Made by a program: the position numbers and the translations under genes. A DNA stretch of 63,894 nt, the filler included, from Stramenopiles sp. TOSAG23-2 (lineage: Eukaryota): NCBI GenBank assembly GCA_900128395.1. It is 4 parts of 4 records of this genome, joined end to end, with 100 filler letters (N's around TTAATTAATTAA, not from the genome) between each part and the next. Parts side by side here need not be neighbours in the genome. Positions count along the whole stretch, not along the records: positions 18,971 to 37,796 come from LT649599.1; positions 37,897 to 56,581 come from LT649601.1; 2 more parts are not named here. One strand, written 5' to 3'. Under the pieces are notes generated by a model. That model saw only the letters and a list, made by a program, of their open reading frames with translations, did no database searches and was not told the origin of the DNA. Position 1 is the stretch's first letter; each line of letters opens with the position of its first letter. This document shows, one piece after another, positions 32,678 to 44,600 of this stretch.

Positions 32678-33427
32678 ATGCAGGGATATGGATATAATAT
32701 TGCTGATAAAAATCATCAACAAGAAGCATTGAAAAGAACAAGATCAAGAAAGAAATATAAATTAAAAAAAGTACGTGAATTTATGGGTGTTAGGCAACGT
32801 ACTAGACCACGTGTAGCAATCAATAAATCAAAAGCAAAGATACGTGCACCAGGTCCAGCAACATATAATTCAATACCAAATGGGTTTGGAAAACAATTTC
32901 GTGTTGGAAAAGGTCTTAGTTCGCCTAAAATTACATTTTCCACTGCACCACGATTTGCAAAAGATGATAAATATGCAAATGCATATACATTAATGGCAAA
33001 AACAAGACCAGCTTCTGCTACTGCTAGTAGAAAAAAAAGAAGAAATAAAAACAGGAAAACAAAGAGTAATACGCAAAAAAATCATCGGCCAAAATCAGCA
33101 CCAGGAAAAAAACGAAGTAGTAGTACTAGTAATAGTAGTACTAACATACAGAAATATGAATCACCAACTCGCGCACCTGGCCCTCAATGCTATGTACATA
33201 AAGATGAAGGTATTGGTCACCAACGTGTTTCACAAAGAAAAACATCACCTGCTGTTGGCTTTGGCAAAGCAAAGCGAAATATCAATTTGCGGAGCTTGAC
33301 CAGTAGCTCCGATCGCCCAGAAAACATACCTGGTCCAGTTGATTATAATACTTTACGAAGTTCAGTTAAATTAATGAGACGTCGGCCATCGACTGATTTT
33401 GGTACAAGTTCAAGATTTGAATATTAA
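32678..33427 (+). CDS. SHIPPO/sperm-tail PG-rich repeat protein (ODF3-like, probably ciliary)
   Basis: Three PGP-x-x-Y repeats (APGPATYN, APGPQCY, IPGPVDYN), each followed by SPxxxF..A.R / P..DFGTSSRF. Confidence 0.75.
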   Translation: MQGYGYNIADKNHQQEALKRTRSRKKYKLKKVREFMGVRQRTRPRVAINKSKAKIRAPGPATYNSIPNGFGKQFRVGKGLSSPKITFSTAPRFAKDDKYANAYTLMAKTRPASATASRKKRRNKNRKTKSNTQKNHRPKSAPGKKRSSSTSNSSTNIQKYESPTRAPGPQCYVHKDEGIGHQRVSQRKTSPAVGFGKAKRNINLRSLTSSSDRPENIPGPVDYNTLRSSVKLMRRRPSTDFGTSSRFEY

Positions 33428-33799
33428 AAAAGAAAAAAAACGACTCGAGAAGAAGATTTGTTTCTGTAAAATGAAAACAAAAAAGGATGTGTGGTGTAAA
33501 TTATTTGCGTGACATTTGTTTAACATCCAAATTTGAGGCAATAATATCTATCTCACACGATAGGGTGCGTTAAATATTTTAATATTCTCCATAAAAGAGA
33601 ATACCAATTGAAGGTAAAATAGAATGGTATCAAGCTTTATACTTCGTATTTGAATACGGCTTCGTATTTATTAAAAGACAGTTCATACACATAACATTTA
33701 CCTCTCGTAAAATAATTTACACATATACCCCCGATCTCTTCTTCTTTTTTAGATTCTCAATCTTTACATATGACTTCGTATTAACAAATACTCTTTTCT

Positions 33800-34918
33800 C
33801 TATAAACTATTTTTTAAAGTTTTTTCTTCTATTGTAATATTTACATCTTTTGTCGACGATGTTCTCTTTTCTTCTTTTTCTCCTCCTTCATCGTCTTTAC
33901 TATTGCCATTATTATTACTCGTATCATTTTTCATTGGTATCGACATGGCCATATTCATCTCTTTTTCTTCTTTCTTACGTCTACGTTTTAGAGCCAACTG
34001 TAGGGCCCATCGTCTAATCATTGTTACAGCTTCAATATTTGTACATATTTCCAATGCCATATCATGTTCTGTTATCTTATCTAAAACTTTATCTTTCGTA
34101 ATAAAATTATATACACTATTTTCAAAATCAATCTCAATTTCTTTTCCATATTTAGCATCATCTAACAAATATTTTGATAATTTTCCTGTATTTGCTAAAC
34201 ATCCACACCAACCATGTTGTTTTTCAGAAAAATCACTTGGTAAATAAATACTTGCATTGTGTTTTTTATTTAAGACCCCAATGTCTTGTAACGCAGCAGC
34301 TACTAATTTACTGCAAAATGCAGAACCTAAATTATCACCTTGTTTAGAATTAATTTCAAAGAAAGCTTTCACAAAATTTGCTGGATTCCCTTCATATGAA
34401 CGGCCGATAATACGATCAGTAAATTGCAATAATTTCCTACGTCTTTCTCTCGTACGTTCACAAAACAACCGTCTAAATACAACTCTTGAAAATGCATTAT
34501 TCATTGTAGTGCGCATATAAATCCATATTTCCAAATCATATTTATGTATCCCATCTCTAGCATTAGCCTCTAAAACATATGTACTAGGTTTCCTATTCCT
34601 AAATGGATTTCCAGGACTTTTAATAACCATTGCGACATGATCATATGGTGCATTTAATATACAACGCTGCACGCAGCTTCCTAAGTTGTTTCCTCTAAAT
34701 AATATAATATCGCCATCTAGTAATATATCATTCAATGCATCAACAGCAATTTTCCCAGTCTCCTTCATTTCCACCTCAGCTGCTGTATATACTGCTAAAT
34801 GTTTTTCCACAGCGACACTTGTACGTCCTAAATCAGTTTTTAATTTTCTGACATTACCTTTTAGTTTTGCTCTTTTGTGTTTTAATTCTCTTAATTTAAG
34901 AAACGATTTATCGTCCAT
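33800..34918 (-). CDS. Permuted papain-like NlpC/P60 enzyme (YiiX/YaeF-like)
   Basis: GDIILFRG, YDHVAMV (His), LEA, GRSY, FCSKLVA (Cys after His, the permuted order), LPSDF. Confidence 0.85.
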   Translation of the reverse strand: MDDKSFLKLRELKHKRAKLKGNVRKLKTDLGRTSVAVEKHLAVYTAAEVEMKETGKIAVDALNDILLDGDIILFRGNNLGSCVQRCILNAPYDHVAMVIKSPGNPFRNRKPSTYVLEANARDGIHKYDLEIWIYMRTTMNNAFSRVVFRRLFCERTRERRRKLLQFTDRIIGRSYEGNPANFVKAFFEINSKQGDNLGSAFCSKLVAAALQDIGVLNKKHNASIYLPSDFSEKQHGWCGCLANTGKLSKYLLDDAKYGKEIEIDFENSVYNFITKDKVLDKITEHDMALEICTNIEAVTMIRRWALQLALKRRRKKEEKEMNMAMSIPMKNDTSNNNGNSKDDEGGEKEEKRTSSTKDVNITIEEKTLKNSL

Positions 34919-35717
34919 AGCCTTAGCAATTTAAGTATTTTTTACATACAGTTATATCTATATCTATGTTTATAAGTAGAAGTCGTTTGGAAGCTTATAT
35001 AAATATATTACTCTGCTGAAGTCGTCTAGTGTAACTTTTAATTTTAATAATCGAGTCGTTATAATCACAGAGAAGTTTAATTAAGTTCCAGGTTCCAGGA
35101 GTTCCCAGCAGAGTTACAGTAGCTCACCAGCCCAGCCAGCTCACAACAAAGCTAAAGGCTATAGCTAATAAAGGCTGGAAGGCCAAAAAACAATTTTTAA
35201 GGAGATTAAATTTACAAATAAAACTGAGTCTGTTTCGTGCGTTATATTTAGATAAAAATAGTATTACACGATGATTGATGTTGAAATGACATATTCCCAA
35301 CGTGGAAGCAATACACATTTGTTTTAGTATTATGTATATAGTAAATGAATTTAAGGAAATTATTCATAAAATTGAAATATCTGGCAATCTTTTGCTGGCC
35401 CAGCTGGCTGGCAATCCTGGCAATGTGCTGATGCAAAAGACCAAAAAAATGATTATGATTTAGATTATGATGTTAATGTGCTGATGTGACGAAGTTGCGA
35501 CACAACAAGTTGCACACCAGCCCAGCCAGCACAACTGGCACACAACACAACTTTTTTTTTATTTATTGTTGAATTGCAACAATTTATATATCATTTAAAA
35601 AACTTTAAACTTTACGAAGGTTGTTGTTTGAAAATAGCTAGATATAACACGAAATAATATATATATATATATAATATGACCTCTTTTTATGAACCAAGGA
35701 ATCCACGATAAAATAAA

Positions 35718-37289
35718 ATGTCATCATCTTCATCAACAACAAGTATTACTTTATCCATTCCTGGACAAGAGAGACGTTCGAAATTTATATCATTTGTAAA
35801 TAGTAGAAATTTAATTGGATATAACATTTACCACCGACACCGGAATCAAAACTATACATCTGCTACGATTACAAAAGATTATTTAATACAACATGAGCAT
35901 GGTGAAAAACAATTTAAAACACTTTCTGCCGCTGCGGTTGATGTAGTAAAAAAGTTATCAAATGATAAGAAAGACCTACAAGTAAAACGTTGCGGTTGGA
36001 AGTTTTGGATGATACAAGGATATGAATTAAGAGAATTATTATCAAGACCAGATATTAAACTAAAAGATCCAAACAGTACTACTACCGTGAATGCAAAAGA
36101 GAAGAATAATTGTAAAGCTAGCGAATCAGATGCAAATATACTTTTACAATTTACAAATCAAATAGGTATTAGAGGTGGAATTTCAGTACAACATATATTG
36201 AACAACAACAATAATAATACTAACAACGTTTTGATCTCTTCTTCGGCAGAAGAAATAGATGATCGTGACGAAGAAAGCTTCGATGATGACGATGACGATA
36301 ATCATTTTTTATCGCCATTATCATCTTCTTCATTATCAAGTAATAAGAATAATGGCATTCACCAAACCAATGACATTCAGGATAAAAGAACGACTATGAA
36401 AAGACATAATAAAAAACATCGAAAATTGAAAACAAATTGGAAATCATATGCAAATTTAGATCGAGATGGTTTATTGGAAGCTGAGAAACAAATAGATAAT
36501 CAATTAAAAAACAAAGAAATGGAACTTCAAATTGCTAAAAAGAAACTTTCATATAAATCTAATATACGTAATAACGAATTGTCATCGTCGTCGTCGTCAT
36601 CATCATCATCATCCACCAATATAGGCAATTCAATGTTCGATTCAGTAACACATGAACGAATGTTTCAAGATAAAATCCAAAAGACTGCTATATATCAATG
36701 TGAAAAAGGATGCGGATTTATGAGTGATTATAAAACAGTTTTAAAACATGAAGAAACATGTATGCACCAAATAAGAAACACAAAGAAAAGATCATCAACG
36801 TCTGTAACTTCTAATTCTACTAGTATTAATACTAGTACTACTACAACGAAGACAGAGACGACAAAAACCCAAAGAAACATAAATAGAGAAAGAAATGCAA
36901 CGTACGACTTACTTTCAAGTAATATGAAAACAACTGAAAAACATAATTTACAGCAATTAAATGAGCCATTATTGCAACATAATACTACAAGAAGAAACAA
37001 AGGCAGCAAACCGAGTGATACTCACAAAAGAAAAGCACAGCTGAAAGCTCAACTTAATACAAAAAATTCAAATACGAAAAAAAATGTACATGATCCAAAT
37101 CGATATAAATGCAGTATATGTATAAATGATCTACCTTATGCTGGTGCAAGTGGTTTATGGTATCATATGCGAAATTTTCATGGAGCTTATTCAAGACGAT
37201 ATCGAAAAAGAAAGAGAGATAATGGTCCAGGTAGTCATACAGATAAAATAGACCAGACAAAATGGAAAAGGAGAAAATCCAGGAAATAA
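35718..37289 (+). CDS. Putative nuclear protein with N-terminal RAMA-like domain and two zinc fingers
   Basis: ATITKDYLI...GEKQFKTLSAAA...CGWKFW resembles the RAMA consensus (F.S.SA.A...GW..W). Fingers YQCEKGCGF...HEETC and YKCSIC...LWYHMRNFH. Basic NLS tail. Confidence 0.7.
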   Translation: MSSSSSTTSITLSIPGQERRSKFISFVNSRNLIGYNIYHRHRNQNYTSATITKDYLIQHEHGEKQFKTLSAAAVDVVKKLSNDKKDLQVKRCGWKFWMIQGYELRELLSRPDIKLKDPNSTTTVNAKEKNNCKASESDANILLQFTNQIGIRGGISVQHILNNNNNNTNNVLISSSAEEIDDRDEESFDDDDDDNHFLSPLSSSSLSSNKNNGIHQTNDIQDKRTTMKRHNKKHRKLKTNWKSYANLDRDGLLEAEKQIDNQLKNKEMELQIAKKKLSYKSNIRNNELSSSSSSSSSSSTNIGNSMFDSVTHERMFQDKIQKTAIYQCEKGCGFMSDYKTVLKHEETCMHQIRNTKKRSSTSVTSNSTSINTSTTTTKTETTKTQRNINRERNATYDLLSSNMKTTEKHNLQQLNEPLLQHNTTRRNKGSKPSDTHKRKAQLKAQLNTKNSNTKKNVHDPNRYKCSICINDLPYAGASGLWYHMRNFHGAYSRRYRKRKRDNGPGSHTDKIDQTKWKRRKSRK

Positions 37290-37438
37290 CAAAAAAATAT
37301 ATACGAACCCGTATTAATTTTACGACGGCTCGTATTAACAAATGTTTTATGTATATGTACACATTAAAACAAAATATATATATATATATATACGTATATA
37401 TATATATAATAAATTAAATTATATATACGTGTAAACGA

Positions 37439-37796
37439 ATGGAGAACTCCCATGATGTTGTTCTTCAACTGCCTCATTCAATTGCTGATATTGAAGATAG
37501 TGAAAATAGTCAATTACAATCATCTCCTGAGATGTACTCTCTGAGTATTACAGAGACTCAGGATGTCATGAGCATTGTTGGGCGCGAAATACAATTAACG
37601 AAGGACTATACAACAGGTAATGCAACATTTAAACAAGGAAGTAGAGGGACAGTTATTGAGGCGCCCTCCCGTAAGGATGGAAAATTGAAAGTTAAATTGG
37701 ATAACGACAATGAGAAAACATTTAGATTGATTAAAGAATGTGATTTACAACTTTATGAAGGAGGACCTCTTTCATTTAGCTCTGAATCACAGACAG
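37439..37796 (+). CDS. 5' part of a hypothetical protein truncated by the contig end
   Basis: ATG 37439, open to the N spacer; contains a small SH3-fold-like segment (GSRGTVIEAP...LKVKLD). Confidence 0.65.
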
Positions 37797-37896
37797 NNNN
37801 NNNNNNNNNNNNNNNNNNNNNNNNNNNNNNNNNNNNNNNNTTAATTAATTAANNNNNNNNNNNNNNNNNNNNNNNNNNNNNNNNNNNNNNNNNNNN
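37797..37896. other. Artificial contig spacer N44-TTAATTAATTAA-N44
   Basis: Same 100-nt linker. Confidence 0.99.
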
Positions 37897-38297
37897 CGTC
37901 AATTGTACTTAAAGTTGGTATAATTTTGATAGGATAAATAGCAATGCTATTGCTATTGGCCCAACCCTAGAACATCCATTTCCACTCTCTCGGATCCTCT
38001 CTAGTTTAGGTTGTCGTCAGTCAGAACCCTCTTACTCTAACTCTCCTCTTGTCGTCTTTTCCAGGTCTTGTTATTTCTGATAGTAGAGAGGATCCTCTCT
38101 AATTTCTGATGATTGTGGCACATTGATGATAAAAAACATTATAGATATATATATATATCTTTGTCTACATAGACGACTATATACTCTCTACCATTATAGA
38201 TATAGATTACCATTACAGTATACAATTACGAATTATAACAGACAATAATATATAATAATTTATCAACAACAACAACAACAACAACAATAACTAAAAT

Positions 38298-38589
38298 ATG
38301 GCTTCATTACTTCAACGGCAAAAAAATGCTATTGTATTGTTTAATTATGATCCAAAAGAACATGATGAATTAAAATTAATAAAAGGTGAACAAATTATTG
38401 TATTAGAAGAAACTACGGAAAATGATGGATGGTCTTTAGGGCAAAATCAAGATGGGGTCAAAGGTATCTATCCATCCAATTATGTATCTGTTCAAAGTGA
38501 TGAAGCACCACCGCCACCTAGGCCAAAACGAACTTCTATTAAAAAAATACCAGCAACACAAGATAATGAAGAAAAAACAAGTGTTAATG

Positions 38590-38620
<31 letters not shown>

Positions 38621-41600
38621 AACTGATGCAGTTGAGAATAATATAACAGATAATACGTATGTAGTGGTTGATTCATGGGATCTAGGAGTACCACCGCAAA
38701 ATTATGTTTTAGGACAAAAAATACCTATATGGAAATATCCTGCATTTATCGATTTAATTGCTGATCCATACGTAGATGGAAAACGTATTAATGACAAAAC
38801 AAAATTAAATCATAAAAATGGTTCTATATTGGATAGTATATCCAGATCTGTGAAATTTTTCTCTAAATTATGTGATATGTTATGTCGATCCCCACATCTT
38901 GAGAAACCATGGAAGAAAATTATATGGGATGTAAAAAATGCATGTTCACAAACTCTTTTGATAACAAATATGATTCCCAGGTACATTTTTTCCACAAATA
39001 GCGATGCGCATTCCAATGTTGCCAACTCTGAAACACAACGATTAATTGAAAGTATTACATCATCAATTGATAATTTACAAGTGAACCATTGTCTCGTTTT
39101 ACCAGGTGGTTGGCAAAATAAGGATGGTGATGATGTGCCATTATTGTACATTGTCTTTCGTAATACGTATGAAGAGTATACGTTCTCAATATGCAATACT
39201 AGTAGGAAAGATGATCCAAAATTTCATCCAATGAGAATTAATCCATTCACACATAAAATGGAACGGGCTTCACCATTAATATTAAAACATGTGCCAAAAG
39301 AACGTATTAACGATGGATCCTTTTGGTTTTTACTATATAGGCCATTGTTTAAAACTGTTTCTAATCCACAGGAAATTATATACGAAAAATTACTCCCATT
39401 TTTGAATTCAAAGCCATTGATGTCAAACTTAGGAAGTTATGATGAGAATGAAAAGACAGAGTATTGGTCGAGTTTTGGCCGTGCATCTGATTTATCACAT
39501 ATACTTTGTACCTTTAAAGCATTTATGTTAGTTGCGAATTTTACGGATCGACCAGCGGAATTAGTCAAAGGAAGCATAACTTCCTATTTAAAAATGATCT
39601 TTTTATGGGCTATTGTTCGAATGATACAACATGATTTAGAAACTGGTATTACGTATTTAAGTACATCAGATGCAACACTATTAAGGATGGCATGCAAATG
39701 TTTAACTCTACAAGCTGGCAAGGAAGGAGTTTTAAAAACATCAATTGCAACTGCAAATGAATTAAAGGAAATTCAAAATTTAAACAAAGCATGTAATAAT
39801 AAAGTAGATAGTATACGTTTGTCATTGGAAAATCAAGCACCTACTGAATTGCCAGATTGTGGGGAAGGGGATGGTTGGTTAGCATGTAATCCATTATTTG
39901 GTAGGATGAGAAATGATTTTGCTGTTGATCATTTAATAGGTAAATCACAACGCCCACCAATTTTACATCCAGTACCATTAACTATTGTTGACACAAAGAT
40001 ACATACCTTCAACGATGTTTCCAATGTATTGAGGCATACGGTTGATTTATGTACACTTCTAGCACATCAATCTAGATACATTAATAATACATATTGTTTT
40101 CGTGTATCATTGATACAACAATTATTTTTAGAAATAATTCCGTTACCAATAGCTTTAACAGATAAAAATAGGGAGGAAAAATGTTTTTGGACGTCACAAG
40201 ATATGCGTCGTGAGACACAGAATGATCTAATGCGTTTGTTGCATTTAATTACAAGGCATTATGTATCATCATCTTTGTCATTAAGAATGACAAGAAACTT
40301 TGATGCAATTAGAATCTTAACCATGGCATCCATCGCAACAGTAACAGATGCAGTCATGAGGAAAAAAGCATGTGACATTCCATCGATATTATCATTGCAT
40401 TATAGCGGTGATGCAGAAGGTCCAATTTCACGCTTTGGATTTGATATGAATGAATTTGCTGTTGAAAGTGAAAATTTAGAATTTTCAGAACCATCCATGA
40501 ACATTGCACGTACGATGGTATTAGATTATTTTAGTGGAATTGAGAAATGTGTTACACAAGATCATCGAATATTTAATTTCGAGAAACTGACTTTAAGCAA
40601 TGGTGATCAAGCATTACTTTCCCAAGTATGTTTAGCTACAGGTTTTCCGTTGAATTCAACTATATTGCCAATGTATTTATCTGGGGAAAATTTAGAATTG
40701 TTAGATAACTTTCCAGAGTTAGGTCTATTTCGTGATATTATCTTTTTGTTTCATTTGATGACGCAACCATCAAGCGATGCTTTACCGGAAGTGAAACGTT
40801 GGAAACCAGTAGACGTTGCATTGTCTTGGAGAGTAAAGAAAAATACAAATGAAAAAGTTGTCTTTACCGTAACTGGTTTTGGGCGTCCATTATCATGGGA
40901 ACCTCGCGAAAGGAGAAATCGGTCCAACACTAGCATTTTCTCAGGATTCTTTGGTGTCTCACGTCCTCGTGCACCTCCAAGTTCTGCTGATCCAAAGAAT
41001 ATCATTGGCAAAAAGGTTGAAACTGAGGATGATATTTTGCACGTATTAGAATTGCCAAATTTCAATAATTCTTTGAATCAACGTGATAGCGAATTGTTAC
41101 TAACGTATTTAACTGCGCCATATATACGCATACCATTGGTATTGAACTTTTTCACAAAGCCTGGTAGAATTCGCGCGTTGGCATCCTTGGAAATCCAAGC
41201 AGTGATTGATGCATGTTTATTTGAACCAGGACTGTGGCAGGAAGATGTTATGAAGCCAACGGCAACTGAAATACCATCAAATAAGCGGAAAGTATTTGCA
41301 ACTCCGTTGGGATTAATAATTAATGAGCTTGTACATAGTCCACATATAATTTTAGAATCAGTGGAAAAAATGTTGTCTGATTGTCTCGATCTGGATACTG
41401 GTAAATATACGCAAACGTCATCAGCACTTTTATTTGTCTCGCGCTTAGCTGTAAGAATTGAAGGATATTTAAAAGTTGCAATACGTCATAATAAATGGAT
41501 TAAAGAGAAGAGCAAACTTTCAAGGGCTAATTGGGCTGCCCACGTACGCGGTTTTCGATGTGAGGATAAAGTTATCAATGAAATGGAAAAAGTTGTATCA

Positions 41601-44600
41601 CGCTTGCAAATATTATTACGGAGTAATGTTTTTCGTGTATTAGAGCGATGGCTGAAAAAGGCACTACAAGTTCAAGATATGGTTACTGCATGCATTGCTC
41701 ATGCTCATTTAATTTATGTCTTTAAGAATACGGAACCGGCAGAATATGATTTTACAGCTGTATCGGTAATGTTGACAAGTCAAGTCTTTTTAACCAGTCG
41801 TTATCGATACAATGTAGAAGCTGGGTCAGAGGAAGAAGGAAAAGGTCGAGCACGATCAAAAACATTTCATGTAGATAATTCTTTATTCATATCACAAACG
41901 GAATTATTTTCAATATTTCAACGGCATCGACGACATATTTTGGAATGGCTTGGCAAGGATAAAAAAATGGCAAATGAAGTCATGGAAAGTGTTGTTCGTG
42001 TAGCAACTTTAACAGGTACCCGTACAGGATGGAACACGCAGAAAATGGCTGATACGTTTAAAAATAGAACATGGTTGGAAATGAGTTTTAATAATTGTCA
42101 AGGTCGTTTTATACCTGACACAGAAGTAAAAAGTCTACGGTTGCGCCGGAATTCCAGTGCAGATGATTCATATGAGGATTGGCTACGACGAACTACATCA
42201 GAAAAGTCTGAATCAGAAGTAAATATTCAATTTGGTGAATTTACGTTAAAAAAACATCGAGTGGAAGTACTTCGAGGTTCGATTGCAAATATGCGAGATT
42301 GCATTGCTGTATTTGGCAAAGCAATTGCATCTGCTGGAATTGCCAGTGCTGAAGTGCTTCACACTTCAAATCGTTTATGGTATCGCTTAGTTGGAAGAAG
42401 GCATGATTTACAAATGTGGAAAGCGGATGATCGTGTGCCGGAAATCAATAAATTTACACGTCGGTTCCCAAGTGGTTTGAAGAAAGATGAGCAATGGATC
42501 AATAGTATTTTGAGTCCATGTCAAAGCAGACGATTTCAAAATCTTGCGCTATTTCTACCTTCAGGGAAAGTATTTGGAAAGAACGCTCCAATTGCTCGAT
42601 TGGCTGGATATCTAAACAATCCAAATACGGAAGAAGGTGGAAAATGTATAAAAGAAGTGATCATCGTTCGTGCATATAAAGTCGTTCATGTTTACAATGT
42701 TGTTGAAATTGGTCGTAGATATTTTCGATCATTATGCTATACTTCAAATATACGGCATTGTCTTCATGACATAAAGTCAGATAGATCACTATTGAAGCAA
42801 TGGGGGAGAGCAGTAGTAGAAGGTGGAAATCCATTATCCTACGTACGTGCAGAGAAATCGCTTGTAGTTACACGCCATTTGAACGCTCGTGAGGGAGTAC
42901 AAACATTTGTTCCAACATTTGTTTTAAATGGTTTAATCCCATCTGTCTTATTGTCAGAATATAGTTTTTGGCAAAGCGAAGATGGTTCCATTACTGGTTA
43001 CAGTAAAACGATGAGTAAGAATGGACATCAAAGCAAAAGCTTATTGCATATTACACTGTTTCCAGATAAAGGGTCTAGTGATTCAACAGGTTTTGGAAAT
43101 GCAACAGCATCCGCATTAATCCATAGATCAGAAGTCGATCATTTAATAAAATCAGATGAAATGTTTGATGATGGAAAAACACCGGTTCTTAAATATGGAC
43201 GAAAGCGTTGTTTGGTAAATTTAATGTATGCTTCACCTGACAGTGATACTGGCAAACTTTCAAGATTTATGTTGCGTTTGGATAATTTATCACACATTTT
43301 GGCGTGGTCAAACAAAGAGTGCAACTCTTTAGGCGAACCTGCGCCAGTTCATTTAGTCGAATTACCTCGTGTTGGATTGACTTTTTACGTAACTGAAAAT
43401 GGTAAAAAATACAATTGTGTGGAGCATACAGGTTTGTTTGTCAGCAATTTACATGATAAAGACATTCATAAAATGATGCGTAGTTTGCCACATTCAATAT
43501 TGCTTCAAACTGTACGTGGTGAAATGTTTGTACTCTTACCAGCTTTAGCGATGCCGGTACCATTTCATGCGAAGGAAGATTTGATATCGGCAGGTTTTGC
43601 ATTAGATCGTACCAATACTTCATGGTTGAATAATGTTGGTAATACTAGACATTACATTTATGAAGTGCATTCATCAAAACGCTACATGTACTCATCCACG
43701 TTAAGCGGGACCTTGTATCTAATGTTACTAAGATTTTGCGCAAAAGATTATGCAGATGTTGTACGCTTAGCAGAATCATGTGTCACAGATGAAGCTTTGT
43801 CTCCTCACGACAAGCAAATTTTTGAGCAACTTGAATTAATACTAAGCGATTTTGTACCGGATGCATATGCATGTAGGTTAAAACTCTCTTATGTGACTAG
43901 ATCGTTGCAAAAAATCATGTCATGTCCTTGGAATATTGCAGAGCAGCTGATAGCGTATGTTAGATGGAGAAGGTGGGTATCGTTTGAATGCCGTTTGACC
44001 ATTGAGGAAGAAATTGAATTATTAGAAAATGCTGATATTGAAAAGTCAAAATTACTGTTGGACCAACTGTCTATTTTGAAAGCTGCTTCCGGGGCGCCAC
44101 CGGGTGTCTCCATCGATGTGTCAGTTGACATTCCACGTCTGCGAAATTATGTGGATTATGATGCCGTTGAAGATCGTTCCATTTATATCAAAGGAGACAA
44201 AGCATCTGTAATATCAAACATTTCCTACACCAGGCCGAAGGGGGAATTTTATGGAATAGATACCATGAAAGCAATCGACAAATGGTTGGATTCTGGCTTC
44301 CGTCTTAAAGGAGGTGGGAATGGCCTTGGCTTTTTGTTTTTATATGAATTATTTACCAAATCATTTGATGCTCGTATCTTGCGCAATGATTCAACCGTCA
44401 TTTTAGCTACACTTTTCATGAGATTTCTTCCAAATGATGAAATTACTAGTCAATCAACTTATATGTCCATTTTACGTATTCTTTCATTAAATCCAAAAAA
44501 GTTGCTAGAAAAAGAAGGGGTTTTACCGAAATATGAAGATACAAGAACTATTAAGTTGAGTTTGATGTTCCGCAGTTCAAGCATACTAAGCAAATTAATG

